NCBI GenBank assembly: GCA_018813375.1 | Contig: JAHJBU010000003.1 | Location: forward strand, 1-45,530 | Length of the DNA: 45,530 nucleotides | Reading direction: 5' to 3' | From: Patescibacteria group bacterium | GTDB lineage: Bacteria > Patescibacteriota > Microgenomatia > UBA1400 > PJMF01 | Part shown: positions 1-8,656 of the stretch, piece after piece | Layout of the letters: each line of letters begins with the position of its first letter | Numbering within the stretch: the stretch's first letter is position 1 | Notes under the pieces: model-generated | Told to the model about the DNA's origin: nothing | Seen by the model: the letters and a program-made list of their open reading frames with translations, nothing else | Databases searched by the model: none | Translations under genes and position numbers: made by a program

Positions 1-2043
1 CCATTTTTACGTCCTGCAGGTTTTTCCACTCCAATTGATGCTACTGCAATAAAAGGTAATGAAACTTGGTCGCTTAACGCTCAGAAATACGGTTTATCTA
101 TGGGGATTCGCCTTGATACTCTCTGGCCTCAGGCTTTAGATGGCTTTAGCATTAATCCTTTTACTGGCAAAGGTTACGCTACTCTTAGCAGGAGAAGCGC
201 TACAGAGTTTACAGAGGCCGATGGTACTGATAATAACTTTTTGCGTGTGCTTGGTGAAACTGGCTTATTGGGATTTGTGACATTTTTTGGCTTGGTAATT
301 TTAATTATCAAAACTTTATCACTCAGACTGCCCAAAGATAATTTAAATCAAACTTTAACTGTTGGCTTTATCGCTGCAACTTTTGGTTTATTTATTAATG
401 CATTTATTATTGATGTTTTTTCAGCCTCTAAAGTAGCTTTTACCTACTGGGCCATGGCAGGTTTAACATTAAAAAGCTACTCCTTGCTAAACAAAAAAAT
501 AGTTAAAGAGCAAGAATCACTACGATTTAAACGCTTTTCTATCTGGCTACAGAAATCCTGGCCTGTTTTAATTTCTGGCATAATCTTAATTCTTTTAGTC
601 CACAAGCGTCCCTTTACAGAATATAGCCTGGTAAAAAGCTTTGCCCTTAACGCAAGTCAGGCTAAGTATGTTGCTACCACTAAGTGCTGGGTAGAAAAAT
701 ATTGTTGGCAAAGTTGTGTTGAGCAATATCAGCCTGATATTGGCACTGCCTACAGCCTTTATTTAATCCCTTTCTATCTCCTTTATCATGAACCCGCCAT
801 GTTTTACTTTGCTAATTTAATTTTAATGATCGGCACTGTAGTTTTGTTTGATTTATTAATTAAAAAATTTACCAATAACTCTATTTTTAGATTTTTACTT
901 CTAGCTATTGTCTTTACCGCGCCTAGTTTTTATACCCTGCCTACTAAATCTAGCCCTACCAACCTGTGGTTATTTCTCATCTTAATTATTATTAATTATC
1001 TTGCTCTGAGAATTAAACCAAAGAAAATTTCCAAGCTAATTAATCTATTTTTATTAATAACTGTCCTAGTTCATCTGGGTTTGGTCCAGTACTTTATGGG
1101 CATGACTAGCGGCATTGTAGCCAGTTTCCGTGATACCTATCGTCCTAGTAATTTTGTAGCTATTAGGCGTGCCAATCGTTACTTGCCTTTACGGATTGCT
1201 AAAAATAAGCCTCAGCCTATTTTATTAACTGCTATTGAGCCAATTTTATTTGATCTTTACGGCAAAAATGATTATAAAACTCAACCAATTAATGCTGATG
1301 ATTTGCAAAAGTATCAACAGCTAATCACCCAAAATCCTCAGCAAGAATTATTTATTACTAATGCCAATGTTAGTCAGCAATTAACAATAAATGAATCTTT
1401 TGAAAAATATAAACATCAATTTGGGATCCAACTTAAAGAGATTGATTGCCGTCAGCAGTGTAATTATTACCAACTCCTAACAGAAGAGGTGCAGATTCCA
1501 GCTCAGCCACAAACTTTAAACAATCTTTTACTTTCTCCAACAAACAATGAGCAACTTAATTTTATAGTTATTAATGATCAGCTGGTGGCTGACATCGGTG
1601 CTGGTCTTAAGTTTACTCAAGAAAAACAAATACTCAAAAAGCAACTGGTAACTCAAAATCCAGATCTAATCTTTATTACCAGTGATGCTAAAAATGAGAT
1701 TTTTAAACATCATGGCTTAAACTTTTTAAAAAGGATCCAGCCAGAGTTAAATGTGCCAATTGTGACTGTTTTTGAAAACCAAGCTCAAGTTTTTGCAGTA
1801 GGAGAAAGCTGGTTTATTACTCTTGATGCCTCTTCACATCACACCAGTCCCGCCCAAAATATCTTTCTCTATGACACGCTCTTACAGCTGGAGAAACACC
1901 CTGAGGTCAAAAAAGTTTACTTCATTAGTAATGACAACCAATGGCTAAAACAGCATCCAGATAATTACTATTTTTGGGAAGACTTTCCTAAAGTTTTAGA
2001 AAAATTTAAGAGAGTGGAGTTTGAATTCAGATTTGCAAAATAA
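1..2043 (+). CDS. O-antigen ligase/Wzy_C-like membrane protein with long C-terminal extension (5'-truncated by window)
   Basis: Frame is open from base 1 (PFLRPAG...WSLNAQKYGLSMGIRLDTLWPQA), so the ATG at 100 is internal. The N-terminal part aligns by eye with the C-terminal part of the 11262-12854 protein (IRLDTLWP, TDNNFLR.LGETGLLG, IDVF.ASKVAFT.W). Confidence 0.7.
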   Translation, partial: PFLRPAGFSTPIDATAIKGNETWSLNAQKYGLSMGIRLDTLWPQALDGFSINPFTGKGYATLSRRSATEFTEADGTDNNFLRVLGETGLLGFVTFFGLVILIIKTLSLRLPKDNLNQTLTVGFIAATFGLFINAFIIDVFSASKVAFTYWAMAGLTLKSYSLLNKKIVKEQESLRFKRFSIWLQKSWPVLISGIILILLVHKRPFTEYSLVKSFALNASQAKYVATTKCWVEKYCWQSCVEQYQPDIGTAYSLYLIPFYLLYHEPAMFYFANLILMIGTVVLFDLLIKKFTNNSIFRFLLLAIVFTAPSFYTLPTKSSPTNLWLFLILIIINYLALRIKPKKISKLINLFLLITVLVHLGLVQYFMGMTSGIVASFRDTYRPSNFVAIRRANRYLPLRIAKNKPQPILLTAIEPILFDLYGKNDYKTQPINADDLQKYQQLITQNPQQELFITNANVSQQLTINESFEKYKHQFGIQLKEIDCRQQCNYYQLLTEEVQIPAQPQTLNNLLLSPTNNEQLNFIVINDQLVADIGAGLKFTQEKQILKKQLVTQNPDLIFITSDAKNEIFKHHGLNFLKRIQPELNVPIVTVFENQAQVFAVGESWFITLDASSHHTSPAQNIFLYDTLLQLEKHPEVKKVYFISNDNQWLKQHPDNYYFWEDFPKVLEKFKRVEFEFRFAK

Positions 2044-2093
2044 TTTAAGTAGATTGATACACTTGGCCATATTTTCTTAGTACTATTTTCCGA

Positions 2094-2250
2094 TAAAAAA
2101 AGATAATTAAACTCTTAGTAAGACCGTTGAGCGAACGTCAATCCACTGGTCTGAAACTACAAATAAACCTTAAGATAGTAAGCTCCCGAGGTGGAGAAGG
2201 TGCCACCGTGTCGAAGCTAGAGATTAATTATCTTTTTTTAAGTTAGTTTT
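2094..2250 (-). ncRNA. Putative structured non-coding RNA of unknown family
   Basis: Perfect 17-bp inverted repeat (2094-2110 / 2224-2240) encloses two GC-rich hairpins. G-U pairs and a gUUCGc loop favour the minus strand, and a promoter lies directly upstream. Confidence 0.6.
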
Positions 2251-2257
2251 CAAGCAC

Positions 2258-2285
2258 ATTTTAACAGCACATTTGGCATTGTCAA
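2258..2285 (-). promoter_or_regulatory. sigma70-type promoter TTGACA-N16-TAAAAT with extended -10 TG
   Basis: Minus strand reads TTGACA (2285-2280) atgccaaatgtgcTGt TAAAAT (2263-2258). It points into the structured element. Confidence 0.65.
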
Positions 2286-2397
2286 AAATGGTATCAAAAC
2301 CGCACCATTCGTAACAACACCAACTAATATGAAATTAAAAAATTATTCCCAGTTTTACCCCCCCCTCAATTTTCATTCCAAATCTTCATTTCACTTT

Positions 2398-2433
2398 TGA
2401 TGCAAATGCATCAATTTTGATGAGATTTCATCA
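2398..2433. promoter_or_regulatory. Tandem palindromic site (TGATG-N6-CATCA)-N4-(TGATG-N6-CATCA), copy 1
   Basis: TGATGcaaatgCATCAatttTGATGagatttCATCA. The same architecture recurs at 42317-42352. Confidence 0.6.
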
Positions 2434-2519
2434 AACTGAACTGTTCTTAATTTGGATATAAATATTGTCCAGGCTAAAACATTAGAAACACTATTTGACT
2501 CGTATTATTACTCAACATT

Positions 2520-2564
2520 TTTTTATTTCCATTTCACCAGCCTTTTTATTTCCATTTCACCAGC
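2520..2564 (+). repeat. Tandem direct repeat, 2 x 22 nt (23-nt period)
   Basis: TTTTTATTTCCATTTCACCAGC at 2520-2541 and 2543-2564. Confidence 0.85.
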
Positions 2565-2681
2565 TTCTTTAAGGACATCAAAAAAAGGGCAAAATGACTA
2601 CAGGGGTCTGAGGGGGTCTGGGAAGAAGAAGAAAATTGTTGTGGGAAGGGGTAAATCTTCGTGCATAAATAATATTTAATC

Positions 2682-3722
2682 TTAAATTTCAACACCCGCA
2701 ATTTTAACACCCAGAATCGTCTTTCTCAACCCCTCTTTAAAGCCTACCTCAGGCTTCCAACCCAATAATTCTTCAGCCTTACTAATATCCGGCCTACGCC
2801 TAGTAGGATCATCCAAAGGCAAATCTTTATAAACCAACTCACCGCCTGATCCTACTAACTCCCTTATTATTTCCGCTACTTGATTCACTGTATATTCATC
2901 CTGATTACCTAAATTTATTGTTTCTCCCCGCGCCCCGTCAACTCCGGCTAACTTTACTAGTCCATCCACTAAATCACTCACATAACAATAAGAGCGAGTT
3001 TGCTCACCATCCCCGTAAACAGTCAGTGGCTCATTACCTAAAGCCTGCTTAATAAAATTAGGAATTACTCTACCGTCCGCAGGGTCCATTCGTGGGCCAT
3101 AGGTATTAAAAATCCGCGCAATTCGCACATTCAAACCAAAATCCCGCTGGAAAACTCCACAAATTGTTTCACCCAATCGCTTGCTTTCGTCATAACAAGA
3201 CCGCACTCCATTTGGATTAACATTACCCCAGTAATCTTCTACTTGAGGATGAATATCAGGATCTCCATAAACTTCTGAAGTGCTAGCAAAAATAAATCTT
3301 CCATTGGGATTAGATGTATGCAAATAATCTAATAAGTGATGAGTGCCTAAAGAATTAACTAAATAAGTCTCAACTGGATATTTTTGATATCGTGGCGGGC
3401 TAGCAGGGGAGGCTAAATGAAAAATTACGTCAACTTTAATTTCTTCATCTAAATAAGTAGCCGGTGATTGAATAGCATCAGTTTGTATAAAAGCAAAATT
3501 ACCCACCGTGGATCCATCGATTCCAGCTGTTGATCTACCGGCTTGAGCTTTCAATTCATCGGCTTCAAATAAGTCAGCTAAATTATCTTTACGACCAGTA
3601 ATAAAATTATCTACCCCGATTACTGTGGCCCCATTACTCAATAAAGCATCTACTAAATGAGAGCCAACAAAGCCAGCCGCTCCAGTTACTAACACAGTTT
3701 TATCTTTGAAATATTTTTGCAT
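2682..3722 (-). CDS. UDP-glucuronic acid decarboxylase-like NAD-dependent epimerase/dehydratase (SDR)
   Basis: TGAAGFVGS Rossmann motif, HLASPASP, STSEVYGDP, YWGNVNP.G.RSCYDESKR (YxxxK), RIFNTYGPRM, DDP.RRRPDI. Confidence 0.9.
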   Translation of the reverse strand: MQKYFKDKTVLVTGAAGFVGSHLVDALLSNGATVIGVDNFITGRKDNLADLFEADELKAQAGRSTAGIDGSTVGNFAFIQTDAIQSPATYLDEEIKVDVIFHLASPASPPRYQKYPVETYLVNSLGTHHLLDYLHTSNPNGRFIFASTSEVYGDPDIHPQVEDYWGNVNPNGVRSCYDESKRLGETICGVFQRDFGLNVRIARIFNTYGPRMDPADGRVIPNFIKQALGNEPLTVYGDGEQTRSYCYVSDLVDGLVKLAGVDGARGETINLGNQDEYTVNQVAEIIRELVGSGGELVYKDLPLDDPTRRRPDISKAEELLGWKPEVGFKEGLRKTILGVKIAGVEI

Positions 3723-3797
3723 GAACTATTATTCTAACTCAATTTCAACCAAAACCCAATCTAGTCATCTGTTTCTAGATTGTCCATAATAAAAAGG

Positions 3798-5297
3798 ATG
3801 GTTAAAAAATTATGGCAACAACACAGTTTTATAATTTTAATCTTAGTTTTGGCCCTAGGTTTACGCCTGCCTCAGCTCAATGGATCTTTTTGGTTAGATG
3901 AAGCTGCTCAAGCCTTAGAAAGCTCTCGTCCATGGTCACAGCAACTAGATATTTCCGGAGATTTTCAGCCTCCGCTCATTCATTTAATTTTATTTTTTGC
4001 AATAAAAATCTCCTCATCAGAATGGTGGTTGAGACTAGTTGGAGCCTTGATTCCAGGATTAATCACTATTTGGGCTACTTATGAAGCAGGAAGAATTTTA
4101 ATTAATAAAAAAACAGGCCTATTAGCTAGCTTGCTACTAGCCACCTCATCGTTTCATATTTTTTACTCACAAGAATTACGGCCATATTCTCTTCCAGCAA
4201 TGCTAGCAGTTTTGTCATGGCTTTATTTAATTAAAGCAACCAAGAAAAAGAAATTTTCAAAATCCAACTGGATTGGCTACACCCTTACTTCTCTTTTAGG
4301 ATTATTTTCATCTTACTTATATCCATTTCTATGGTTGTCTCAAATTATTTGGTTAAGCTGCTATCATCGTAGATTTTGGCGGGAGATTATTACTAGCTCT
4401 GGATTAATAATTTTAGGTTTTCTTCCTTGGATACCAAAATTTTTTCAACAGATTATGGTAGGGGAAGGCCTTAGACAAGAGTTACCAGGATGGGAAAGCG
4501 TGGTTAGTATTTCTCAGCTCAAAAGCCCGAGTTTAGTAATAGGAAAATTTATTTTTGGAGTAATAAATATTGAGCTAAATCAATTTTTCATTAGTATTTC
4601 TGTCATCTTATTTCTTTTGTGTTTGTATTTAATTTATTTAAATCATAAGCTATTAAAAAAGAAAAAATTTCTAAATAAAATTAAACTATTAATCTTCTGG
4701 CTAGTAATTCCCCTTACATCGGCCTGGATTATTTCATTTTTTATTCCAGTAATTAGACCCAAGCGAGTATTATATTTACTACCTGCCATGTATTTACTTT
4801 TCAGCTCTTTAATAAGTATTTCTTCAAACAATAAAAGTAAACATCTTGCTACTATTTTTATCTCCATACTATTAGCTCTAAATTTATCTGGCACACTTCA
4901 ATATCACCTTAACCCAAATTATCAAAGAGAAAACTGGAAAGCACTATACCAAAACATAGCTACAAAATATCCAGCATCAGAAACAGTGCTACTTTTTTCC
5001 TATCCAGCCCCATTCTCTCCCTGGAGATGGTACGATCAAATAAATTTTCCCGTTATAACTACAGGAAAACTATATATTAAAAACGTTGCGCAACTTTCTT
5101 TAAAAATTAAAAGTGTTAGTGATTACCAATACGTACTGCTATTTGATTATCTGCGTGACCTTACAGATCCAGATGATCAACTCAGATCAGAGCTCTGGTC
5201 ACTTGGCTTTCATGAGATAAATACGCTAGACTATCCTAATATCGGCTTTGTCCGGGTCTTTAGTAAAAATAAACCTACTGCGCAATTACAACTATGA
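3798..5297 (+). CDS. GT-C membrane glycosyltransferase (GT39/PMT-like)
   Basis: SFWLDEA motif after TM1, QPPL, YSQELRPYS, many TM segments. ATG 3798 preferred over TTG 3780. Confidence 0.8.
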   Translation: MVKKLWQQHSFIILILVLALGLRLPQLNGSFWLDEAAQALESSRPWSQQLDISGDFQPPLIHLILFFAIKISSSEWWLRLVGALIPGLITIWATYEAGRILINKKTGLLASLLLATSSFHIFYSQELRPYSLPAMLAVLSWLYLIKATKKKKFSKSNWIGYTLTSLLGLFSSYLYPFLWLSQIIWLSCYHRRFWREIITSSGLIILGFLPWIPKFFQQIMVGEGLRQELPGWESVVSISQLKSPSLVIGKFIFGVINIELNQFFISISVILFLLCLYLIYLNHKLLKKKKFLNKIKLLIFWLVIPLTSAWIISFFIPVIRPKRVLYLLPAMYLLFSSLISISSNNKSKHLATIFISILLALNLSGTLQYHLNPNYQRENWKALYQNIATKYPASETVLLFSYPAPFSPWRWYDQINFPVITTGKLYIKNVAQLSLKIKSVSDYQYVLLFDYLRDLTDPDDQLRSELWSLGFHEINTLDYPNIGFVRVFSKNKPTAQLQL

Positions 5298-6409
5298 ACA
5301 TTGGCATTGACATCACACCCATTATTTATGGCAGAGGCGTATCTCGATATACTAGTAATCTAGTTCAAGCTTTAAATCAAAAAACCGGAGTGCGAGTTTC
5401 AGCTTTTGGCTATTCATTAAGACAGAGACAACTTTTAGAAAATTTTGTTAAAAAAAATCAAATTAAGAAAAATTCTATACATTCGCTACCACCTTCTATT
5501 ATGAGCTCTTTATGGAAGTTTGGTCAAAATTCTGTTAAAAAATATTTGCCTAGTATTGATCTATTCCACTCATGGGATTGGCTCCAGCCTCCTGATAAAA
5601 ATATGCCAATCGTCTCAACAATCCATGATGTGGCCATGATTAAATTTCCAGAAACAGCCCACCATGGCATTCTTAGGGCTCATCAACGCTCATGGAAAAT
5701 CCTCAAAGAACGTCAGGCTCAAATTATTGCAGTTAGCCAAGCTACAAAAAAAGATATTATTAATCTATTAGGAATACCCCACTACCAAATTCATGTTGTT
5801 TCTGAGGCTTTGCCAGATGAATTTAGAACAATAAGCCAACTTCTTGAAGAAGAAAAAGCAGTTATGATTAGAAATAATCTTCAATTAACCAAACCGTATT
5901 TACTCTTTGTAGGAACTAGAGAGCCTAGAAAAAATTTAACTAATCTAATAGAAGCGTGGAAGCCTTTAGCAAAAGATTATCAATTAATTATTGCTGGAGA
6001 AAAGGGCTGGGATAAAACTGAACAAATCAAACATCCTAACTTGCGCTTTCTAGGTCAAGTTGGTGATGAAGAGCTGGTAGTTTTATATTCAGAAGCAGAA
6101 ATGCTCTGCTATCCTAGCCTCCATGAAGGTTTTGGACTGCCCATATTAGAAGCATTTTTTCATGGCACACCAGTTGTAACATCCAACGTCTCATCTATGC
6201 CAGAAGTATCCGGCAATGCAGCTGAGCTAGTAGACCCACAAAGTGTTAAAAGTATTCAATCTGGTATAGAAAACATTTTAGATGAACCTATTGAAAAACA
6301 AAGAAAGCGCCTACAAAGAATGATTATTAGGTTGCAAATGTTTAATTGGGATAGAGTTGCAAACGAAACTATTGAGGTTTATAAAAAAGCAATGCGATTA
6401 CAAGAATAG
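5294..6409 (+). CDS. Glycosyltransferase family 4 (GT-B)
   Basis: TIHD, VGTREPRKN, YPSLHEGFGLPILEA, S.MPEV. Confidence 0.9.
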   Translation: MNIGIDITPIIYGRGVSRYTSNLVQALNQKTGVRVSAFGYSLRQRQLLENFVKKNQIKKNSIHSLPPSIMSSLWKFGQNSVKKYLPSIDLFHSWDWLQPPDKNMPIVSTIHDVAMIKFPETAHHGILRAHQRSWKILKERQAQIIAVSQATKKDIINLLGIPHYQIHVVSEALPDEFRTISQLLEEEKAVMIRNNLQLTKPYLLFVGTREPRKNLTNLIEAWKPLAKDYQLIIAGEKGWDKTEQIKHPNLRFLGQVGDEELVVLYSEAEMLCYPSLHEGFGLPILEAFFHGTPVVTSNVSSMPEVSGNAAELVDPQSVKSIQSGIENILDEPIEKQRKRLQRMIIRLQMFNWDRVANETIEVYKKAMRLQE

Positions 6410-6420
6410 TTCATACAACA

Positions 6421-7605
6421 ATGAATCAAAACAAACTTCGGCTAGTTATAGATGCAAATGAAGCCAATGTCATTAATCGTGTGGGGAGTAATATTTATGC
6501 ATTTGAAATAATAAAAGCTCTAGCTAAAATCACAAAAAAAAATACACAAATTGAAACAACTGTCTTACTTACAAAACAACCCAATCACGACCTCCCTAAA
6601 GAGAGAAATGGCTGGAGATATAAAATATTTGGCCCAAGTTTTTTGTGGACCCAATTTGCCGAGCCAATTCATTTATTTTTAAATAAACATAAGTATGATG
6701 TTTTATACACGCCAGGACATTATGCACCTCGGCAGAGTCCAGTTCCTTATGTGTCATCAGTTATGGATTTAGCATTTTTGAAGTATCCAGATCAATTTCA
6801 ACAATCAGATTTAATTCAACTTAAATATTGGACAAAATATAGTGTTAAACATGCAAATAAAGTAATTGCGATTAGTCAATTTACAAAAGCTGATGTTGTT
6901 AATACTTATCAAAAAAATATTAATGATGTTGTAGTTGCACCACCAGCAGTTTATGAAATTACCCCAGCCTCAATAACGCAAACCAATGAATTTTTTAAAC
7001 ATCATCACATTAGGCGTCCATACTTTTTATTTATTGGCACAATCCAACCTCGCAAAAACCTCATTAGACTAGTAGAAGCCTATGAAACACTGTGTCGTCG
7101 TCTGAGTATTGCCAAGCTAGGTAAAACCAAAAGCCAAAAATTGCTTCCCCAGCTTATTCTAGCTGGAAAAATTGGTTGGTTGGCAGATCCAATTATTGAA
7201 AGAATTAAAGCCTCACCGTTTTTTGAATATATTATTCTTACAGGATTTATTAAAAATGAAATCAAACCAATTCTTTATCAAAACGCAGTAGCAAGCATAC
7301 TTATTGGCCTATATGAAGGTTTTGGTATTCCACCTCTAGAGTCACTCAAATATGATTGCCTGCCAATTGTTTCTAATGTTTCTAGCTTACCAGAGGTAGT
7401 TGGAAAAGGAGGAATTCAAGTTGATCCCAGGAAAATTGATGAAATTAGCTTGGGCTTGAAAACTTCCTACCAGCTCACGACTAAAGCAAAAACAAGCTAT
7501 CAAAATAAGGGTAAAAATCAACTTAAAAAATTTAGTTGGGACAAATCTGCTCAAATTATTTTAAACACTATTCAAGCAGTGGCTGATGAAAAAATAAAGC
7601 AGTAG
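6421..7605 (+). CDS. Glycosyltransferase family 4 (GT-B)
   Basis: IGTIQPRKN, YEGFGIPPLES, SSLPEVVG, FSW. Confidence 0.9.
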   Translation: MNQNKLRLVIDANEANVINRVGSNIYAFEIIKALAKITKKNTQIETTVLLTKQPNHDLPKERNGWRYKIFGPSFLWTQFAEPIHLFLNKHKYDVLYTPGHYAPRQSPVPYVSSVMDLAFLKYPDQFQQSDLIQLKYWTKYSVKHANKVIAISQFTKADVVNTYQKNINDVVVAPPAVYEITPASITQTNEFFKHHHIRRPYFLFIGTIQPRKNLIRLVEAYETLCRRLSIAKLGKTKSQKLLPQLILAGKIGWLADPIIERIKASPFFEYIILTGFIKNEIKPILYQNAVASILIGLYEGFGIPPLESLKYDCLPIVSNVSSLPEVVGKGGIQVDPRKIDEISLGLKTSYQLTTKAKTSYQNKGKNQLKKFSWDKSAQIILNTIQAVADEKIKQ

Positions 7606-7608
7606 TTA

Positions 7609-8094
7609 ATGAAAAATCATAAATTAATCACACTAGGTATTGATCCTGGCTATGACAGAATCGGCTGGGCAATTGGAAAAGGACTTGGTTCTAAGCCAGA
7701 AATTATTGACTTTGGTTGCATTCAAACCAATAAAACCAAAAACATTTTTGATCGCTATCAATCTATAGAAAACAAGCTTCAAAAAATTATTAAGCAGCAT
7801 CAACCTCACGAGTTGGCTATCGAAACTCTCTTTTTCTCAAAAAATAAAAAAACTGCCCTTCAAGTGAGCGAAGCCAGAGGAGTAATTTTAAGCTGTGCCA
7901 CAAGAAATAATCTCAATATTTTTCAGTACTATCCCAATCAAATTAAACTCACTGTCACTGGCAATGGTCAGGCTAATAAAGCTGCCATGGAAAAAATGAT
8001 TCATCTACAACTAGATATTCCTCAAAAAAAGATCATTGATGATGCCATTGATGCCATCGGCATAGTACTCACACATGCTATATTAAAGACATGA
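7609..8094 (+). CDS. ruvC: Holliday junction resolvase RuvC
   Basis: LGIDPG, AIE.LFF.KN, EARGV, DD..DA catalytic motifs; adjacent to ruvAB. Confidence 0.95.
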   Translation: MKNHKLITLGIDPGYDRIGWAIGKGLGSKPEIIDFGCIQTNKTKNIFDRYQSIENKLQKIIKQHQPHELAIETLFFSKNKKTALQVSEARGVILSCATRNNLNIFQYYPNQIKLTVTGNGQANKAAMEKMIHLQLDIPQKKIIDDAIDAIGIVLTHAILKT

Positions 8095-8654
8095 TTTCCT
8101 ACTTACGCGGCAAACCTCAAGTACATGCAAATAAAATTATTCTCGAGGTCAATGGAGTAGGTTATGGAGTTTTTGCTAGCCAAAAAGTCTTGGTTCAAAC
8201 AGCAGAAAAAGAAGAAATATGTTTATATATTTATACTTATGTTAAAGAAGACAAACTAGAGCTTTATGGATTTCTAAGTTTCCAAGAACAAGAATTATTT
8301 GAGTTAATGTTATCAGTCTCTGGGATTGGACCAACAACTGCCCTGCATATTATGGACAAAAATCCAGAACAGCTCATTAGCGCAGTTCAAGAAGCTAATA
8401 TTTCATTTTTTAAATCTATTCCTAGAATAGGTAAAAAAATGGCTCAAAAAATTATTATTGAACTAAGGGGTAAATTGGGTGAATTAAAAGAACTCAATCT
8501 AGGTCCTCTAAGTCCTAAACAACAAACTGTGAGTGATGCGCTTAGCTCTCTAGGATGGGATGATGATTCGATTCAACAGGCTCTAGAGCGACTCAATCTA
8601 GATCAACTTTCAGTACAAGAAGCTATTAAACAAGCCTTGCAAAAATTAAGTTAA
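8091..8654 (+). CDS. ruvA: Holliday junction branch migration protein RuvA
   Basis: MISYLRG, VNGVGY, ED...LYGF, VSGIGP, IGKKMAQKIIIEL. Confidence 0.95.
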   Translation: MISYLRGKPQVHANKIILEVNGVGYGVFASQKVLVQTAEKEEICLYIYTYVKEDKLELYGFLSFQEQELFELMLSVSGIGPTTALHIMDKNPEQLISAVQEANISFFKSIPRIGKKMAQKIIIELRGKLGELKELNLGPLSPKQQTVSDALSSLGWDDDSIQQALERLNLDQLSVQEAIKQALQKLS

Positions 8655-8656
8655 AA

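Noticed and set aside
2188..2210. SAM-I riboswitch-like words (GAGGTGGAG, AAGGTGCCA) on the + strand
   Set aside because: The intervening conserved core is missing, there is no downstream gene, and promoter and G-U evidence favour the minus strand.
2094..2240. Retron msr-msd interpretation of the inverted-repeat-bounded RNA
   Set aside because: The architecture is superficially similar, but no reverse transcriptase is encoded nearby.
2520..2564. CRISPR array
   Set aside because: Only two copies separated by 1 nt, no spacers, no cas genes.
2452..2679. 75-aa + strand ORF
   Set aside because: TTG start, built from a tandem repeat and low-complexity tracts; no protein-like motif.
2044..2681. 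Replication origin in the large intergenic region
   Set aside because: No TTATCCACA-type DnaA boxes seen and no dnaA/dnaN linkage.
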